Source: Parachlamydiales bacterium
Lineage (GTDB): Bacteria > Chlamydiota > Chlamydiia > Chlamydiales > SM23-39
DNA: 64,000 nucleotides
Direction: 5' to 3'
Assembly (NCBI GenBank): GCA_016931275.1
Contig: JAFGFA010000018.1
Span: 6,492-70,491 of the forward strand
The notes beneath the pieces are model-generated. The model was given only the letters and a program-made list of their open reading frames with translations, ran no database searches and was not told where the DNA came from. This document shows positions 1-9,638 of the stretch, piece by piece (the stretch's first letter is position 1; every line of letters begins with the position of its first letter). A program made the translations under genes and the position numbers.

Positions 1-937
1 AACACACTTGGGTTTGATCGAGGAAAAAAGAAAAATCTGGTTTTTGAAGGAACAGATTTTTGACAGCCGAGATTTTTCTTCTTTAGTTTCTGTGATAAAA
101 AGTTTTTTGCAGAGAGAAAAAACACCTGTAAAAAAAGCTTGTTTCGGAGTTGCCGGGCCTGTACGGAATGGCCGTTGTTCTACGACAAACCTTCCCTGGG
201 TGATTGATGCCAAAGAATTGCAGGAGATTTTTCATATTTCCCATGTTTTCTTGCTCAATGATCTTGAAGCCAATGCGTATGGTATAGAATGTCTTTTGCC
301 TTCAGAGGTGTATTCCTTGAACGAGGGAAAAGCAGCGCCCGATAATAATAAGGCGCTTATTGCTGCTGGAACAGGTCTTGGAGAGGCCGGAATGATTTGG
401 AATGGTCGTTTTTATCTCCCCTTTGCAACGGAAGGCGGACACGTGGATTTTGCTCCTGTAAATGATGTTCAAATAGACCTCCTTCATTATTTGAAAACGA
501 AATATGAACATGTTTCCTATGAAAGAATTGTTTCCGGACCCGGACTTTATAATATCTATCAGTTTCTTGTCCTTAGATCAAAAGGAGAAAATATACAGCC
601 CTTAGAAGAAAGAATGATAAAAGAAACACCAGAGCTTATTAGCGAATGGGGAATGCGGCATCAAAATTCTCTATCTTCACGGGCGTTGAATCTTTTCTTG
701 GAGATTTATGGAGCCGAAGCTGGGAATCTTGCTTTGAAAACATTGGCTCTTGGTGGTTTGTATATTGGTGGAGGGATTGCTCCCAAAATTCTAGAACGCC
801 TTAAAGAAGGACTCTTTTTTTCTGCATTTTGTGATAAAGGACGCTTTCGTTCTTTGATGCAGGATATCCCTATAAAAGTGATTTTAAACGAAAAGACAGC
901 CCTGCTTGGTGCCGGACGGTTTATCGTGTCTTTGTAA
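1..937 (+). CDS. glk: Glucokinase (5' truncated by window edge)
   Basis: Motifs GVAGPV, TNLPW, LLNDLEA, AGTGLG, TEGGH, YERIVSGPGL, GGGIAPK. The frame is open to the window edge and the N-terminal GDIGGT motif is missing, so the true start is upstream. Confidence 0.93.
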   Translation, partial: THLGLIEEKRKIWFLKEQIFDSRDFSSLVSVIKSFLQREKTPVKKACFGVAGPVRNGRCSTTNLPWVIDAKELQEIFHISHVFLLNDLEANAYGIECLLPSEVYSLNEGKAAPDNNKALIAAGTGLGEAGMIWNGRFYLPFATEGGHVDFAPVNDVQIDLLHYLKTKYEHVSYERIVSGPGLYNIYQFLVLRSKGENIQPLEERMIKETPELISEWGMRHQNSLSSRALNLFLEIYGAEAGNLALKTLALGGLYIGGGIAPKILERLKEGLFFSAFCDKGRFRSLMQDIPIKVILNEKTALLGAGRFIVSL

Positions 938-957
938 GAGATGATTTTGAATGAGAG

Positions 958-997
958 AAAAAAAAACCAAGCTGAAGAGGATTTCTCCAGCTTGGTT
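958..997 (-). terminator. Rho-independent terminator of the porin gene
   Basis: Stem AACCAAGCTG (965-974) / CAGCTTGGTT (988-997), followed on the minus strand by a T9 run (A958-966). Lies between convergent glk and the porin gene. Confidence 0.8.
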
Positions 998-1021
998 GGA
1001 TTAAACCAAACGTAGATTAGA

Positions 1022-2062
1022 TTAGAAATCTAATGCTAGTTTTACTGTAAGACCTTGTAACAATAGATCTGATGCACTTCCGTCAGTAGCTACTCCTATT
1101 AGATCTTTCAAAGAACGCATTTCGTTTTGATTCCAGAAAATTTGGAAATCATAAGATGCTGAAAGATCAATATGCCAGTCGCTATTTGAGAAGTATGTTC
1201 CCCAGCCTAGGCCAAGATCAAGTTCAAAGTTTGGAGTAATATAGCTAGGCTCATCTTGGAAATGAGTTGTACTTTCGCGACCTTTTACTTTAAAGTCTTG
1301 ATAATACAAGCCAGCAGCTGTATTTCCAAATACTCTGAATCCTTCTCCAATAAGCCAGTTTGTATTCAAACCTGCTCGTGGTCCTAACAACCAAGAATCA
1401 GAGGTGTATTTTATGTCTGTTGCAACTGCTGCAAGAGTAAGGTAATCGATTTTATATTTTTGATCGATCCAACCACCTCGTAGCCCTACGAATGGGAAAA
1501 ACGTAAGTTTAGTTCCTACATAGTGAGCTCTTCCCATAGTAAAATCTAGAAGATCTATGTAAGAATACCATTTAGCAGCTACAGAAGCAGAACTAGTTGG
1601 TGATATAGACCAAGTTGGTGTAATATCATCAGCTGAAGAGGTTTTATGATATTTATTAGTACCATGTACTCTTGTATATTCGAGCATCAAAGCCCAATTA
1701 TCATGGTCTAAATTCATTCCAGCAGCAACTTTAAATGCTGATTTGTAATCAAAGTCCATGTTAATTACTTTATGAGAATCAGAACCATCTATTCCTAATT
1801 CCAATCCTTTTTCTTTCATTTGCCAATAAAGATAGCTTACAGAAAGAAAAGCGTCCCAAGAACAATTTACATCAATTCTTGCTGGAGCATTATATGCACC
1901 CATCATTTGATGTTCTTGGACAGTATATCCTTGTTTATAATCATTAGGATTTTTTTTGCAATCAGAAGGACATTCACAGCCTTGATTGTTTTGCACAGCA
2001 AATGCTGAAAGAGCAATACAACTTGCTCCTAACAGCGATATCATTTTTTTGGTTAAAGACAT
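1022..2062 (-). CDS. MOMP-like / Lpg1974-family outer membrane beta-barrel porin
   Basis: Signal peptide (..ALSAFA), YNAPARIDV, YLYWQ, PFVGLRGGWIDQ, GPRAG, YDFQIFWNQN, C-terminal GLTVKLALDF ending in Phe; amphipathic beta strands. Confidence 0.8.
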   Translation of the reverse strand: MSLTKKMISLLGASCIALSAFAVQNNQGCECPSDCKKNPNDYKQGYTVQEHQMMGAYNAPARIDVNCSWDAFLSVSYLYWQMKEKGLELGIDGSDSHKVINMDFDYKSAFKVAAGMNLDHDNWALMLEYTRVHGTNKYHKTSSADDITPTWSISPTSSASVAAKWYSYIDLLDFTMGRAHYVGTKLTFFPFVGLRGGWIDQKYKIDYLTLAAVATDIKYTSDSWLLGPRAGLNTNWLIGEGFRVFGNTAAGLYYQDFKVKGRESTTHFQDEPSYITPNFELDLGLGWGTYFSNSDWHIDLSASYDFQIFWNQNEMRSLKDLIGVATDGSASDLLLQGLTVKLALDF

Positions 2063-2198
2063 CTTTTCACTCCATTTTGTCGACTAATAAAATTAGCTTT
2101 TATTTCAAAATAATAGTTTTTCCTCTTTTTTGGCAACGACCTTTGTTAAATTTTTTGTGTCTAACCAAAAACGAGGTTGTTTTTTCTTTTTTCATAAA

Positions 2199-2233
2199 TT
2201 GACATAACATCCTTTTGAACTATTTGTCAAAAG
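2199..2233 (-). promoter_or_regulatory. Candidate sigma66 promoter of the porin gene with overlapping inverted repeats
   Basis: Minus-strand TTGACA (2230-2225), 17-18 bp spacer, TG-T-TATGTC. A plus-strand TTGACA lies at 2199-2204 and an inverted repeat CTTTTGA-N8-TCAAAAG at 2212-2233. Confidence 0.4.
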
Positions 2234-2541
2234 CTTTTTTTTATATTCATTTTTATCGTCTTGAAAAGTTGAGGGGATGCGAAGAAAATTTTCTTCCGAA
2301 ATACTATCGATTGTTTTTTCTTTTTTCTCCGATCTTTTTTGCAACAACAAGGTATTGATTTGTTGCGCAACTTGTGCAAAATATGATAGTTTTAAGTAAC
2401 AAACAAATTTTTTAAACAAATGGAAATACGCCTTCGAAACAATCTTTGGGATCCTCTTCGCATTATGGAAATCATAGGACATTAAAAGTTATAGACGTTT
2501 ATTTTTTGTATTGTTGCTAACCAATATTTACATAGAGGCTT

Positions 2542-2949
2542 ATGAAAAAAATATTGTTCTTGTTAATAGCCTTTCCTCTTTTTGCAGATTATTCTGTGGT
2601 GTTGTTTAACGACTCCCCTTTTGAGTTGACCGCTCAGGTGCAGGCGGCCAACGGAACGATTATTGGCAAGACTACCTTAAAACCTGGAGAACAAAATATT
2701 TGGCGATCCGATCTTTCCAGAACTTATTTAAATACGCCCAATACACCGAAAGTTTCTTTAACGCCCTTTTCTGTTATTTGGTATTGTCCTTATGGAGGGT
2801 TTTATTCTATGTGCAGCAATGTGCCTCCAGGAGCTACCGTAACAGCAAATACTTGCCCTGGTTCTCGGTATTGCCAGCCAAAACCTAAGGAGCAAAAATG
2901 CCCGCCCTGTATTTGTGTTCCTCCTACTGTTAGAAAAAAAACAGAGTAA
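2542..2949 (+). CDS. Small exported cysteine-rich protein
   Basis: RBS GAGG, signal peptide MKKILFLLIAFPLFA, seven Cys in the C-terminal 55 aa (WYC..SMC..NTC..RYC..KCPPCIC). Confidence 0.75.
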   Translation: MKKILFLLIAFPLFADYSVVLFNDSPFELTAQVQAANGTIIGKTTLKPGEQNIWRSDLSRTYLNTPNTPKVSLTPFSVIWYCPYGGFYSMCSNVPPGATVTANTCPGSRYCQPKPKEQKCPPCICVPPTVRKKTE

Positions 2950-2955
2950 TTTTTT

Positions 2956-3810
2956 ATGAAATGGATGAAATTTTTATTCGTATTCGTTGCCTCTTTTTGT
3001 TGGTCTTATGACTATATCAATTCTCCCACAGCATGGATGCATAAAACCAATGATGCGATGAGCCCTTTAGTTTCGGAGGCAATTTATGGAACGGAGGTAC
3101 AAATTATTCAAGCGCAAGGTGCTTGGAGTGAAATTGTAACTCCTGAAGGATATCGAGGATGGGTGGAAAATAAAAATTTGATTGTTCGAGACGCTCCATA
3201 TCCTTCTACAGATATTCGGGCAAAAGTTAACAGAACGCGCAGTTTTGTATCCTATGACGAAGAGACAGTTTTTCATCCTACGCATATGGAATTGCCCTAT
3301 GGGGTTATTCTAGAAATTTTATCTTCAAGGGAAAATTTAGAGAAGAGATGGATTAAAATTCGGTTATTGGATAGTAAAGAATATTGGATTCAAAAAGGGG
3401 ATATTCTCTTAACGCAGGATCAAATGACCCTTGACAATATGTTGTTATTAAGCAAGGGCTTTATAGGCATCCCGTATCGATATGGAGGAGTGTCTAGTTT
3501 TGGGTGTGATTGTTCAGGATTTGTACAGACCCTTTTTTTACAAAGAGGAATAAGACTTCCTAGAGATTCTTATCAGCAATATGATGCTGATATTTTTGTT
3601 TCTGTAGACCTTGAACAATTACAAAAAGGAGATCTGCTGTTTTTTGGGCGTAATCGCGTAAGCCATGTTGGCATTTATATGGGAAATGATCAAATGATTC
3701 ATTCCATGGTGGAATGTGCTGGTGTAACGCCTTTTTCAGGGGTGCAAACGACCTCTTTTTCCGCCTTTAAAAAAGCTTATCCTTTCAAAGGGGCACGTCG
3801 ACTTAAATAA
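2956..3810 (+). CDS. SH3b + NlpC/P60 (C40) peptidase, YkfC-like cell wall peptide endopeptidase
   Basis: Signal peptide, SH3b-like SEAIYG..GYRGWV, then PYRYGG, CDCSGFVQ (catalytic Cys), LPRDS, GDLLFF, SHVGIY (His), MIHS. Confidence 0.88.
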   Translation: MKWMKFLFVFVASFCWSYDYINSPTAWMHKTNDAMSPLVSEAIYGTEVQIIQAQGAWSEIVTPEGYRGWVENKNLIVRDAPYPSTDIRAKVNRTRSFVSYDEETVFHPTHMELPYGVILEILSSRENLEKRWIKIRLLDSKEYWIQKGDILLTQDQMTLDNMLLLSKGFIGIPYRYGGVSSFGCDCSGFVQTLFLQRGIRLPRDSYQQYDADIFVSVDLEQLQKGDLLFFGRNRVSHVGIYMGNDQMIHSMVECAGVTPFSGVQTTSFSAFKKAYPFKGARRLK

Positions 3811-3817
3811 ACTGTGG

Positions 3818-4357
3818 TTAAAAGAGAAATACTTTTTGAAGAATTACGTCATGGCTTTCCCGAGGAATTTCTTCCCATTGCTGTTCTTGGAATCCGACGC
3901 CGATCGTGAGGCAGTTTGTCATTTTCTGCAGTAAGCGATCATAAAAACCAAGGCCATATCCAAGGCGGTTCCCCTGAGAACTAAAAGCAATTCCCGGAAC
4001 AAGAATAGCGATATGGTCGAGATAATGGATTTTGTTCTCCTCGAGGGGTTCTGGTTCTTGAATGTTGTATTTCGTATTCAGGATAAGGCTTTGTAAGTTT
4101 AGGACGCGATAGATTGCAAGAGAGTTCTCTTGACAATAAGGCAGCAAAAGCCTCTTTTCTTCGCAAAGGGTCTTATTGAGGGGCCATAGATCGATTTCCT
4201 CTGTTTTTGAGGCAAAAGAAAGGACATTCGGATAAGCCTTTGTTAGTTGATAGAGCTTATGGAAAGCTTCTAGAGAGGCTTCTTTGCGTCGTTGAATGGA
4301 GATTACTTTCCTTTTTTGACGCAAAAAATTACGGAGCTGTTTTTTCCGGTTTTCCAT
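3818..4357 (-). CDS. ygfA: 5-formyltetrahydrofolate cyclo-ligase
   Basis: KKQLR N-terminus, EIDL, LVPGIAF, GNRLGYGLGFYDRLL, PRESHD. Start taken at MENRKK (4357; 4363 also possible). Confidence 0.92.
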   Translation of the reverse strand: MENRKKQLRNFLRQKRKVISIQRRKEASLEAFHKLYQLTKAYPNVLSFASKTEEIDLWPLNKTLCEEKRLLLPYCQENSLAIYRVLNLQSLILNTKYNIQEPEPLEENKIHYLDHIAILVPGIAFSSQGNRLGYGLGFYDRLLQKMTNCLTIGVGFQEQQWEEIPRESHDVILQKVFLF

Positions 4358-5666
4358 GGACATAGATGATTTTTCGAATGAAAACCCCTTCCCCATCATA
4401 TATCGTAGCGGCACCAAAACCGTCAACAACGGAAGAGACGGGTGTTAATTGAGAAGGAGAAAAATAGGATCCTGAAAGGAGATTTCCCATCTGATATTCT
4501 TCGATACACATGACTTTTCCATTGCGATACCAGCTAGAGGAACTTCCGTTTTTTTGGTTGTGGGTCATTTGTTTTTGACTTTCTATCTGACCATTATTGT
4601 ACCAAGTCATTGCCGTTCCACATATCGAGTCTTGATCCCAAAAAAAAGAAAGCTTGGGTTGTCGATTCTCCGAAGGCCTTACAAGTTCGGACGAAAGATA
4701 AAAAAGAATTTCCTCCCCTTGTTTTTTCCCGTTTTTAATATGGTAAATTTTTTTCAATTCTTTTTGAGGGGTAAAAATTTCTACTTTCCCATCAGGAATT
4801 CCCTGGTGATAAGAGATTAATTTGTGGAGATAGAGATCCCTAAATACTGCTTTTTTTCCCTCTCTGGCCTCAATGGCTGCGATCAGAGTGCGGTTTTGAT
4901 CAAAATATTTGCCCTCTTCTAATAAACCCTTGCTATAATTTTCCTCATATTGCGCGACAGATGGTTTCCAGAAGCAAATACTTTTCCCGTGTTTCTGATC
5001 ATGTATATAGGAGGTTTCTTGAATCAGCTGATTATCTGGAGAAAATTTACACACCTTTCCCTCAATCCTTCCCTTTTCATATGGGATTATTTTTTTGAGA
5101 GATCCATGGGGATAATAGTGGAGAGATTCTCCGTGTAAAAGTCCTTTTTCATAGGGAATGCGAGCAAGAAGGTTGCCTTTTTCATCCCAAAAAGAACTGA
5201 TACCGTCAAACAACCATTTTGCTTGAGACTCTTCCGACAGATCGGCAGGACCTCCCAAGACGTACGCATGGATTTTTGGTGTTCCGTCACTATACCATGA
5301 TCGATATTCTCCAAGAGCCCTTCCATCTTGGGTCTGCACCGATTGAGAGATCTGACCGTTTGGATAGTAGGCCAAGATAGTTCCCGGCGTTTTTCCCTGA
5401 GGATCTTTTTGAAAAACCTGAATTACCTGATGGTACGGTTGTGGTTGCATAAAATCTGTTGAAGACAGGCGCCGAAGTTTTTCTGGAGAACTAATGGTTT
5501 CTGTAATCCCATGGCGGTCGGTGATTTGGATGCAAGAGAGCTGCGGAGATTTCTGTGTATTCTGATGATAGGAGCAAGAGAAAAAGAATAGTGGCAAAAT
5601 AAGCAATATTCTTTTTGCTAAGGCCTTTTTTTGAAAAAGTCTCGTTGCAATATTTCCATATGGCAT
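4329..5666 (-). CDS. MORN_2-repeat putative lipoprotein (conserved chlamydial gene upstream of ygfA)
   Basis: Hydrophobic leader with lipobox-like FFSC, many YYxNG/WYxxG/GxxxG repeats, QITDRHGITETIS motif. Confidence 0.75.
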   Translation of the reverse strand: MPYGNIATRLFQKKALAKRILLILPLFFFSCSYHQNTQKSPQLSCIQITDRHGITETISSPEKLRRLSSTDFMQPQPYHQVIQVFQKDPQGKTPGTILAYYPNGQISQSVQTQDGRALGEYRSWYSDGTPKIHAYVLGGPADLSEESQAKWLFDGISSFWDEKGNLLARIPYEKGLLHGESLHYYPHGSLKKIIPYEKGRIEGKVCKFSPDNQLIQETSYIHDQKHGKSICFWKPSVAQYEENYSKGLLEEGKYFDQNRTLIAAIEAREGKKAVFRDLYLHKLISYHQGIPDGKVEIFTPQKELKKIYHIKNGKKQGEEILFYLSSELVRPSENRQPKLSFFWDQDSICGTAMTWYNNGQIESQKQMTHNQKNGSSSSWYRNGKVMCIEEYQMGNLLSGSYFSPSQLTPVSSVVDGFGAATIYDGEGVFIRKIIYVHGKPEKTAP

Positions 5667-6253
5667 TGATAAAATCCTTCTTGGTTTTTGGTTATAGAAA
5701 AATCGAGAAAAAACAGTTGAGGTCTTTTAGCGAGATTTTCCGTATGTTCGATGGATATTCCCTCAACGGTTCTTAAAATTTTTTCCAGGCTCTTTCCCGT
5801 AAGGGTGACCGGATGTTCAAGGAGAAAAACAGTCTCCTTCATTAAAGAAGAGGAACTAATTGTTTTTTTTTGAAAAGACAGGGTTTGTTGCGATAATTGC
5901 AGAAGTTTTTTTTGAACTTTCTTGTCATGGCTGAAGGGAAGATTTTGAACAATAGGATTTATGAGGGAGAGATAAGACTGGTTTAATGGAAAAGCCAAGA
6001 GGGTTTTTCCCATATATTCGCTATCGGCTTCCAAAAAAGCGCGAAGAAAATGTTGTCTTCGCATCCTGGTATCAAAAGAAGCATAGAATTTTTCGTAGGT
6101 TTGATATAGGAATAGAGCTCTTTTCTGCAAAGAGCAATAGTTGTTGATACTCCAACTCAGAACCGCAATCACAGGGATTAGTCCGATGAGAATAAAAATT
6201 TTTTTTTGATCGAACTGTTGCGTAAAAGATAGTATTTTCTTTAGAAAAGTCAT
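5618..6253 (-). CDS. Hypothetical single-TM protein, GspM/PilO-like topology
   Basis: N-terminal TM (IFILIGLIPVIAVLSW), then a helical segment and a short C-terminal domain; overlaps both neighbours. Confidence 0.6.
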   Translation of the reverse strand: MTFLKKILSFTQQFDQKKIFILIGLIPVIAVLSWSINNYCSLQKRALFLYQTYEKFYASFDTRMRRQHFLRAFLEADSEYMGKTLLAFPLNQSYLSLINPIVQNLPFSHDKKVQKKLLQLSQQTLSFQKKTISSSSLMKETVFLLEHPVTLTGKSLEKILRTVEGISIEHTENLAKRPQLFFLDFSITKNQEGFYQCHMEILQRDFFKKRP

Positions 6254-7593
6254 GAATGGATACGATTATTTAAATAGAAAGTAATTATAGTAGAATCTTT
6301 TTCTTTTTTCCATGTCATTTCTTCATGGGCATCGATAATTTTATGTGTTTTGAGAGAGGAGAGAAAATCTTCTCGGGAAAGAGGGCTTTTGCATTGTACA
6401 AAGATCTTTATTTTATACGGGGTATGAGGCGTATTTTTTTGAGGGAATTTTTCCATATGGTAGCGAAATTTTTCCACAGCATCCAGAGGGACGATATTCC
6501 GGAGAATGGCTAAAGTATCATAGACATTGAGAGCGTCAAGCGGATAAGGAAAATGTTTGGAAGAGACCTTGATCCTTTTTTGTAGCTGTTGGAGAGAAGC
6601 GGGACGATTGTAAAAATAGCGTTCTTCAAGGTCAGATAAAGAAGAAAATTCTTGATCCAGAGCTTGTTGATGCAAGGAAAAAATATAAAGGAATATCCCC
6701 CAAAAAAGGAAGGACAGGATCCATGAGGCGGGCATAAAGACTTTTTTAAAAAAAATCGAAGAGCGATTTATCGTGTTGGGGAACAATTTTTTAAAGGAAA
6801 AATCCCCTCCCCGATTTTTTTGAAGAGAGAGCAAAGAGAGTCCAATGCTTAAAGCATATTTTGAGGACCCATTGCCGGAACAAGAAGTTTTGCCGGTAAA
6901 AAAGGGCTGTAATTCTGGAGAGAACTTGGATGTTTCCAGTCCTGTAATGAGAAGAGAAGAAGGATTCCATTGTTCTTTATTGAAAATGATCCGAAGAGAT
7001 TGATGACAGCGATTGTGAAAATCCTCGGGATTTTGGTGCAGGAGAGATGATCCTATAGGAAAAGAGCGGAAGATGACCGGACGAAAATAGGATAAAGAAA
7101 GAAAAAAAGTTTCTTGTTCTCGAATGTGTAAGAGAAAACCATGAGGATTATCAGTAAAATTTTTAGCGAATTCTGCAAGAGCGATAGCCGGGGCTGTGAG
7201 AAAAGAGGGAACGAGGTCTATTGTTTGCTTTAAAGATGTTTCAAAGCTCTCCATCGCTGTTTTTGTTGTGAAAAAGACAGCAAAATGATGCAGCGATTTC
7301 TCAGAATGAATGAGATAAGGGATAGAGATCTGTTGGTCTACAGATAAGGAAGTCAAGCTTTCCAGTTGAAAAGGAAGTAGTTTAGGCAAATGTCTTTTTG
7401 GGGCTTCTATGCGGAGTTCTTTAACGATACAGTCTTTTGAGGGAAGAGCTGCAGTTGTTATTGTATGTTTACTCACGATATCGGGGGAGAGTTTTTCCAG
7501 AGGGAGAATGTGGGTAGAAAATTTTTGATCATTTTTCCCAATATGGGAAATGATTAGTTTGTGATCTTCTATATCAATACCGGTGAAATCCAT
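6250..7593 (-). CDS. Hypothetical protein, GspL/PilM-like actin fold + TM + periplasmic domain
   Basis: GIDI at the N-terminus, TAALPSKDCIVKEL, LPFQLE, LLHI, RSFPIG, LLITG, YALSIGL; one TM near aa 290-308. Confidence 0.6.
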   Translation of the reverse strand: MDFTGIDIEDHKLIISHIGKNDQKFSTHILPLEKLSPDIVSKHTITTAALPSKDCIVKELRIEAPKRHLPKLLPFQLESLTSLSVDQQISIPYLIHSEKSLHHFAVFFTTKTAMESFETSLKQTIDLVPSFLTAPAIALAEFAKNFTDNPHGFLLHIREQETFFLSLSYFRPVIFRSFPIGSSLLHQNPEDFHNRCHQSLRIIFNKEQWNPSSLLITGLETSKFSPELQPFFTGKTSCSGNGSSKYALSIGLSLLSLQKNRGGDFSFKKLFPNTINRSSIFFKKVFMPASWILSFLFWGIFLYIFSLHQQALDQEFSSLSDLEERYFYNRPASLQQLQKRIKVSSKHFPYPLDALNVYDTLAILRNIVPLDAVEKFRYHMEKFPQKNTPHTPYKIKIFVQCKSPLSREDFLSSLKTHKIIDAHEEMTWKKEKDSTIITFYLNNRIHS

Positions 7594-7670
7594 AATTGTT
7601 GCCTTTAGAAAAGAGTTTAGTGTAATATAATTGTCTCTTTTACTAAAGAGTTAAGCAAAAAAGAGGTGGC

Positions 7671-7931
7671 ATGGCCGTATTTATATACCAAGTGGTCTCG
7701 TTGCTCTGTACCTGTTACATTTTGATGTTGATGATTCGGGTGGTGGGATCTTGGTTTGTTTCTTTTAGAAACTCTCGATTTATGATTTTTATTGCCCAGT
7801 ATACGGATCCATATCTCAATATTTTTAGGAAAATTATCCCCCCAATCGGAGGAGTCCTCGATTTAAGCCCTCTTTTAGGTTTTTTTGTTCTTCGTCTAAT
7901 AGAAAATTTTCTGTTGATGCTTTTGTCATGA
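7671..7931 (+). CDS. yggT: YggT family membrane protein
   Basis: RVVGSW, TDPYLNIFRKIIPPIGGVLDLSPLL; RBS AGAGG. Confidence 0.92.
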   Translation: MAVFIYQVVSLLCTCYILMLMIRVVGSWFVSFRNSRFMIFIAQYTDPYLNIFRKIIPPIGGVLDLSPLLGFFVLRLIENFLLMLLS

Positions 7932-8911
7932 AAACAGGTATTTATCCTCTACAAATTCAAGGACTTTCTTTGAGCAGTAATATTTTTTATGCTCCTTTGG
8001 CTGGATATACCGATTATCCTACGCGTCAAATGATCGCTTCTTTCAGGCCGGGATTGTTTTTTACGGAAATGGTGAGAGGAAAAGCATTAATAGAACATTT
8101 TGAAAAAGTAAAAAATAATATTGAAATAGAAGAGAACATGCATCCTGTCGGAGCACAATTTTATGAAAACGATATATCGATTGCTGTCGATGCTGCGCAA
8201 TTTTTGGAAAATAAGGGTTTTGATTGGGTTGATTTTAATTGTGCTTGTCCTTCTCCTAACATTGTCCGACAAAAATGTGGAGCCTATTTTTTGCGATGTC
8301 CACAAGAATTTTCAAAGATCCTTCGGGCGATTGTTCTCGCTGTAAAAGTTCCTGTGAGTGTCAAGATTCGGTTGGGCTGGGATCACAATTCTGTTGTAGC
8401 TCCTGAGTTGACCCGCATAGCGGAAGATGTCGGGGCGGCGGCCGTGCTAATTCATGGAAGAACGGCTCTTCAAGGATATAGGGGAAAAGCGCAATGGGAA
8501 AAGATCGCGCAATGTGTAACCATTTCAAAGAACATTCTAATTATTGGAAATGGAGACATTTTTTCTTCTCAAGAGGCAAAAGAAAGGCTTCTTCAGAGTC
8601 GATGCCATGGCATTCTCATCGGCAGGGGGATGCTTGGAAATTATGGAATTTGTTCGGATATTCAGAATTTTTTTCTGAAAAAAGAGGAATATCGGAGATC
8701 TTGGCCGGAAACATTGCGGCAAATGCGTAGGCATTGGGGGTATATTCTGGATTATTATCCTGTTATTTCAGCGTTAAAGGAAATGAAAAAAGTGGGATTC
8801 TTATATTTAAAAGGGCATAAGGATATCAAAAAAATACGAAAATCGTTGGCTCAAGCGAATACTCCATCTGCTATTTTTGCTTTATATGACGATATTTGTA
8901 AAATAATGTAA
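7928..8911 (+). CDS. dusB: tRNA-dihydrouridine synthase (DusB-like)
   Basis: APLAGYTD, TEMV, DFNCACP, VKIRLGWD, HGRT, IGNGDI, IGRG; ATGA overlap with yggT. Confidence 0.88.
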   Translation: MKTGIYPLQIQGLSLSSNIFYAPLAGYTDYPTRQMIASFRPGLFFTEMVRGKALIEHFEKVKNNIEIEENMHPVGAQFYENDISIAVDAAQFLENKGFDWVDFNCACPSPNIVRQKCGAYFLRCPQEFSKILRAIVLAVKVPVSVKIRLGWDHNSVVAPELTRIAEDVGAAAVLIHGRTALQGYRGKAQWEKIAQCVTISKNILIIGNGDIFSSQEAKERLLQSRCHGILIGRGMLGNYGICSDIQNFFLKKEEYRRSWPETLRQMRRHWGYILDYYPVISALKEMKKVGFLYLKGHKDIKKIRKSLAQANTPSAIFALYDDICKIM

Positions 8912-8935
8912 CATCATCTTGTGAAAAAATTGATA

Positions 8936-9571
8936 TTATATTCGTCTTTTTTTTACGAGATTTTCAAGAGACAAACCAAGTTTGTCGAACGCTTTACGTC
9001 TATGAGAAATGCGATTTTTAATTCGCTCTTCTAATTCGCCAAAAGTTTTTCGATATTCATGTTTCAGGAATAAAGGATCATAACCAAATCCTCCTCCCCC
9101 TCTAGGAGCTTTGAGGATTTCTCCTTCACAGGTTGCAAAAGAGGATTTGTAAAGACCTGTTGGAGATGCTAGAGCTAAAGCACATGCAAAATAGGCTGCG
9201 CGATCCTCTCCTTCCAAATGGCTCATTTTTTCTAATAGTTTGGCGCGATTATCGGCATCAGTAGCGTTATTGCCGGCGTAACGTGCAGAAAAAATTCCCG
9301 GTTCGCCGTTGAGAGCGGGTACCACTAATCCCGAATCGTCTGCAATAATCCACTGCTGTAAGGTCTCGGCGGCAGCTACAGCTTTTTGAATAGCGTTTTC
9401 TTCAAATGTAGAAGAGGTTTCCTCCGGAGGGGAATATTGGGGAAAATCTTGCAAACTTAATATATCCAATTGAGCTATAGAAGAGAGCATGGCTCTCAAC
9501 TCTCGAATTTTATGAATATTTTTTGTGGCAAGAACTATAGTAAAAGATGCTGTTTTATAACGGTCGTTCAT
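8936..9571 (-). CDS. rdgB: dITP/XTP pyrophosphatase (Ham1 family)
   Basis: ATKNIHKIRE, TFEENA, ADDSGL, PGIFSARYAG, GFGYDPLF, KNRISHR. Confidence 0.96.
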   Translation of the reverse strand: MNDRYKTASFTIVLATKNIHKIRELRAMLSSIAQLDILSLQDFPQYSPPEETSSTFEENAIQKAVAAAETLQQWIIADDSGLVVPALNGEPGIFSARYAGNNATDADNRAKLLEKMSHLEGEDRAAYFACALALASPTGLYKSSFATCEGEILKAPRGGGGFGYDPLFLKHEYRKTFGELEERIKNRISHRRKAFDKLGLSLENLVKKRRI

Positions 9572-9638
9572 TACGCTTTTCTCAAAATTTCTTTTTGTTT
9601 TTTAGCATACCAAAGATAAAATTTATCTTCGCTTTTTT

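Noticed and set aside
2192-2482. 96-aa minus-strand ORF upstream of the porin
   Set aside because: Low-complexity Lys-rich translation of AT-rich promoter DNA with no motif; probably not a gene.
4329-5666. YwqK-type antitoxin interpretation of the MORN protein
   Set aside because: No adjacent toxin; it has a lipoprotein-like leader and sits in a housekeeping block.
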